Below, piece by piece: positions 62,016 through 64,000 of a stretch of 64,000 bases of DNA. This DNA comes from an uncultured virus (IMG/VR IMGVR_UViG_3300021092_000028) (taxonomy: Duplodnaviria; Heunggongvirae; Uroviricota; Caudoviricetes). Numbering within the stretch: the first letter of the stretch is position 1; each line of letters begins with the position of its first letter. The notes below the pieces were generated by a model, which was not told the DNA's origin, searched no databases, and saw only the letters and a program-made list of their open reading frames with translations. The stretch is taken from the IMG/VR virus record IMGVR_UViG_3300021092_000028; one strand, 5' to 3'. Position numbers and translations under genes: made by a program.

Positions 62016-64000
62016 TTAATATAAAGTGAACGAAGGATCTGGGTCACTATCTTTCTTTCCAGAGTTAATTTCATCACGTAGTTTTGGAGTCTCATTCTTA
62101 ACTTGATTATCAACGTATGTAGCAAACTTTTGAAGATCTTCTGGATTATTCTTTGCGGATGTTCTTAGTTGTCCAATACCGCTTGTATTACTTTCAGAAC
62201 CAACATAAATTTCATATTCCTTAGCAGTTTCAACCAGAGAACTTACCTGACCAGTAAATGCATCTGTGCTTGCGCCAGAAACTTGATAATCTCCATTAAA
62301 TGTAGTATTAGAAACAATATTGGACATAACAGGATTTGCGGTATTTGCACCTTTACCAGTTGCAGATTGATTATCACCTGTTGGTGTAGGTGCAGCATCT
62401 CCACCAGGAAGTGCAGATCTATCTTGAGATATTTCTTGATATTTTACAGCAGATTGTGTATCTTCGCAAGAGAAGAATTGAAGAATTCCAGGAACATAGT
62501 CAAGAGCATTAAATAAGTTTCCTGCAACTTTGCCTAAACCTCCACCAACAAGACCTCCTACCAAACTTCCAATACCTCCAGCAAGACCTCCAGTAATTGT
62601 TCCTAGAAGAGCATTAATTGGAGTAAAGATTCCATCCAGTGTGCTCATAAGAGGATCTAAAATTGTATCAATAAAGTCACCCATTATTGATTCAGCAGCA
62701 CAAAGGGGAGCATTAATAAAACGATCGAGTACATTTTCTAGTAAACCAGTAAATGTTCCTTGAAGTCCTTTGATAATTTTGTTCATTACACAAGAAAGTT
62801 TGTCACAACCTTTCTGACTAATTTCTAGAAGTTGAGGAACTTCAGTGGGGAACAAATATGGAACAACAGACTTGACACCATCAGAGATCTTTTTAGAGAT
62901 ATATCCTCTTACTCCATTCAACATTCCTTTTGCAAATCCTGCCATTTCAAAAGCAGCATTTGAAACTGTTGATTTTATTTTTTCAGTGAATTCTAAAACA
63001 CCTGTTGCAAATGAAGATGCCTGATTATAAATTCTTTTTAATTCTTCAACAACATTCAACAGATTTTTCATTGTCCGTTGAATCCCTTTCATCTTAGAGT
63101 TTCCTTGTTTGGAAACATCAAGTAAAGGAACTTTTATTTTACTATCCTTATCCTGATCGGTTTTAGACTGAACTTCTACGTGTTGTGCTTCTGTTGTTGA
63201 TAATGGAGAACCATTTAAGATTCTATCATCAGGAACTTTAGCTGCAGTTTGTGGAGATCCTTCAGTATAAGTATCATTAAACTGCTGATAACCTTTATTA
63301 CAGTTTCCGCTGGAAGCAGAGGCACCTGGTTGTCTTGATGCCTTTACAGTTGCGGCAAGAACCAACCTTTCAATTTCTTTTGAATCCTTTCCTTCTACCT
63401 TTGCTTTTTGTCTTGCTTCAGATGCTGCCTTAAAAACTGCAGATGAAGGAGTCTTAGATGGATCTAAGAGTTTCTTAAGTTGATCAATACTCAATTGATC
63501 AACGTTAGGAGGTACTGGTTTATTTGCAAGACTACCTGGACCACGAACAGGTGTTGGTGGTTTAGATACTGTAGGTTTTCCACCAGTTGGAGATGGAGTT
63601 GCTACTGGTTGGTTTGGAGCTGGTTCTGCTCTCTTCTTAGGAACATTGTTATTTGAATTACCAATCACTCCCACAATGTAGGGTTCTTGCCCTGCCATTC
63701 CATCCTTGAAGAATCCAAAGACAACAGAACCAGATTCAATTGATGGAGTGATTGACGCCCCACCGTGACCAGATCCTGCAGTAACTGGCATCACCACTTG
63801 AGCCTTAACTGTTTCTTCTGGTTTTAGTTTATCTACATCTCCAGTATGCCAGTTGAAGACACGGACATTATATCTGTGTCCCCAACCTTTAATTGCGTTT
63901 AAACCTTCAAAAGTTTCTGCCTGAACATTTTCATCCCAAGTAGTTTTTGATTCTACTCGTCCAATCCACCAAGGAGGATTTACAAAAAATTGTGGATTAA
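62016..64000 (-). CDS. gp5-like baseplate hub subunit (N-terminal OB-fold); 5' end outside the window
   Basis: Frame stays open to the window edge: ...PPWWIGRVE...GWGHRYNVRVFNWHT...VVMPVTAGSG...VFGFFKDG...PYIVGV. Confidence 0.85.
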   Translation of the reverse strand, partial: NPQFFVNPPWWIGRVESKTTWDENVQAETFEGLNAIKGWGHRYNVRVFNWHTGDVDKLKPEETVKAQVVMPVTAGSGHGGASITPSIESGSVVFGFFKDGMAGQEPYIVGVIGNSNNNVPKKRAEPAPNQPVATPSPTGGKPTVSKPPTPVRGPGSLANKPVPPNVDQLSIDQLKKLLDPSKTPSSAVFKAASEARQKAKVEGKDSKEIERLVLAATVKASRQPGASASSGNCNKGYQQFNDTYTEGSPQTAAKVPDDRILNGSPLSTTEAQHVEVQSKTDQDKDSKIKVPLLDVSKQGNSKMKGIQRTMKNLLNVVEELKRIYNQASSFATGVLEFTEKIKSTVSNAAFEMAGFAKGMLNGVRGYISKKISDGVKSVVPYLFPTEVPQLLEISQKGCDKLSCVMNKIIKGLQGTFTGLLENVLDRFINAPLCAAESIMGDFIDTILDPLMSTLDGIFTPINALLGTITGGLAGGIGSLVGGLVGGGLGKVAGNLFNALDYVPGILQFFSCEDTQSAVKYQEISQDRSALPGGDAAPTPTGDNQSATGKGANTANPVMSNIVSNTTFNGDYQVSGASTDAFTGQVSSLVETAKEYEIYVGSESNTSGIGQLRTSAKNNPEDLQKFATYVDNQVKNETPKLRDEINSGKKDSDPDPSFTLY

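Overview
A 64-kb segment of a large, AT-rich T4-like myophage. Gene content and style point to a cyanomyovirus (Kyanoviridae-like); the host is inferred, since no photosynthesis gene lies in the window. Every credible gene is on the minus strand. In transcription order (right to left) there are four blocks. (i) 59.4-64 kb: a gp5-like baseplate-hub cluster. (ii) 57.5-59.4 kb: small ORFs, tRNA-Leu(UAA), tRNA-Thr(UGU) and a Mom-like DNA-modification gene. (iii) 15.4-57.4 kb: a ~42-kb late-expressed arsenal of about 21 tail-fibre, adhesin and adaptor genes with dedicated small partner genes, interrupted by a self-contained pair of 2OG-Fe(II) oxygenases. (iv) 1-15.1 kb: an early region of small ORFs plus peptide deformylase, an adenine methyltransferase, a 2OG-Fe(II) oxygenase and an SF2 helicase, punctuated by nine copies of a palindrome/hairpin/-10 promoter element. 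The most interesting feature is the fibre region. It looks like a hierarchical, recombinationally shuffled receptor-binding toolkit: two 'adaptor + three tips' blocks, two tandem gp38-like adhesins behind a gp37-like fibre, a shared cassette-boundary sequence, exact 57- and 59-bp repeats, collapsed cassette remnants, GC-rich imported patches, and amicyanin-like copper-site motifs in two fibres. All family assignments come from motif recognition by eye; no searches were run.
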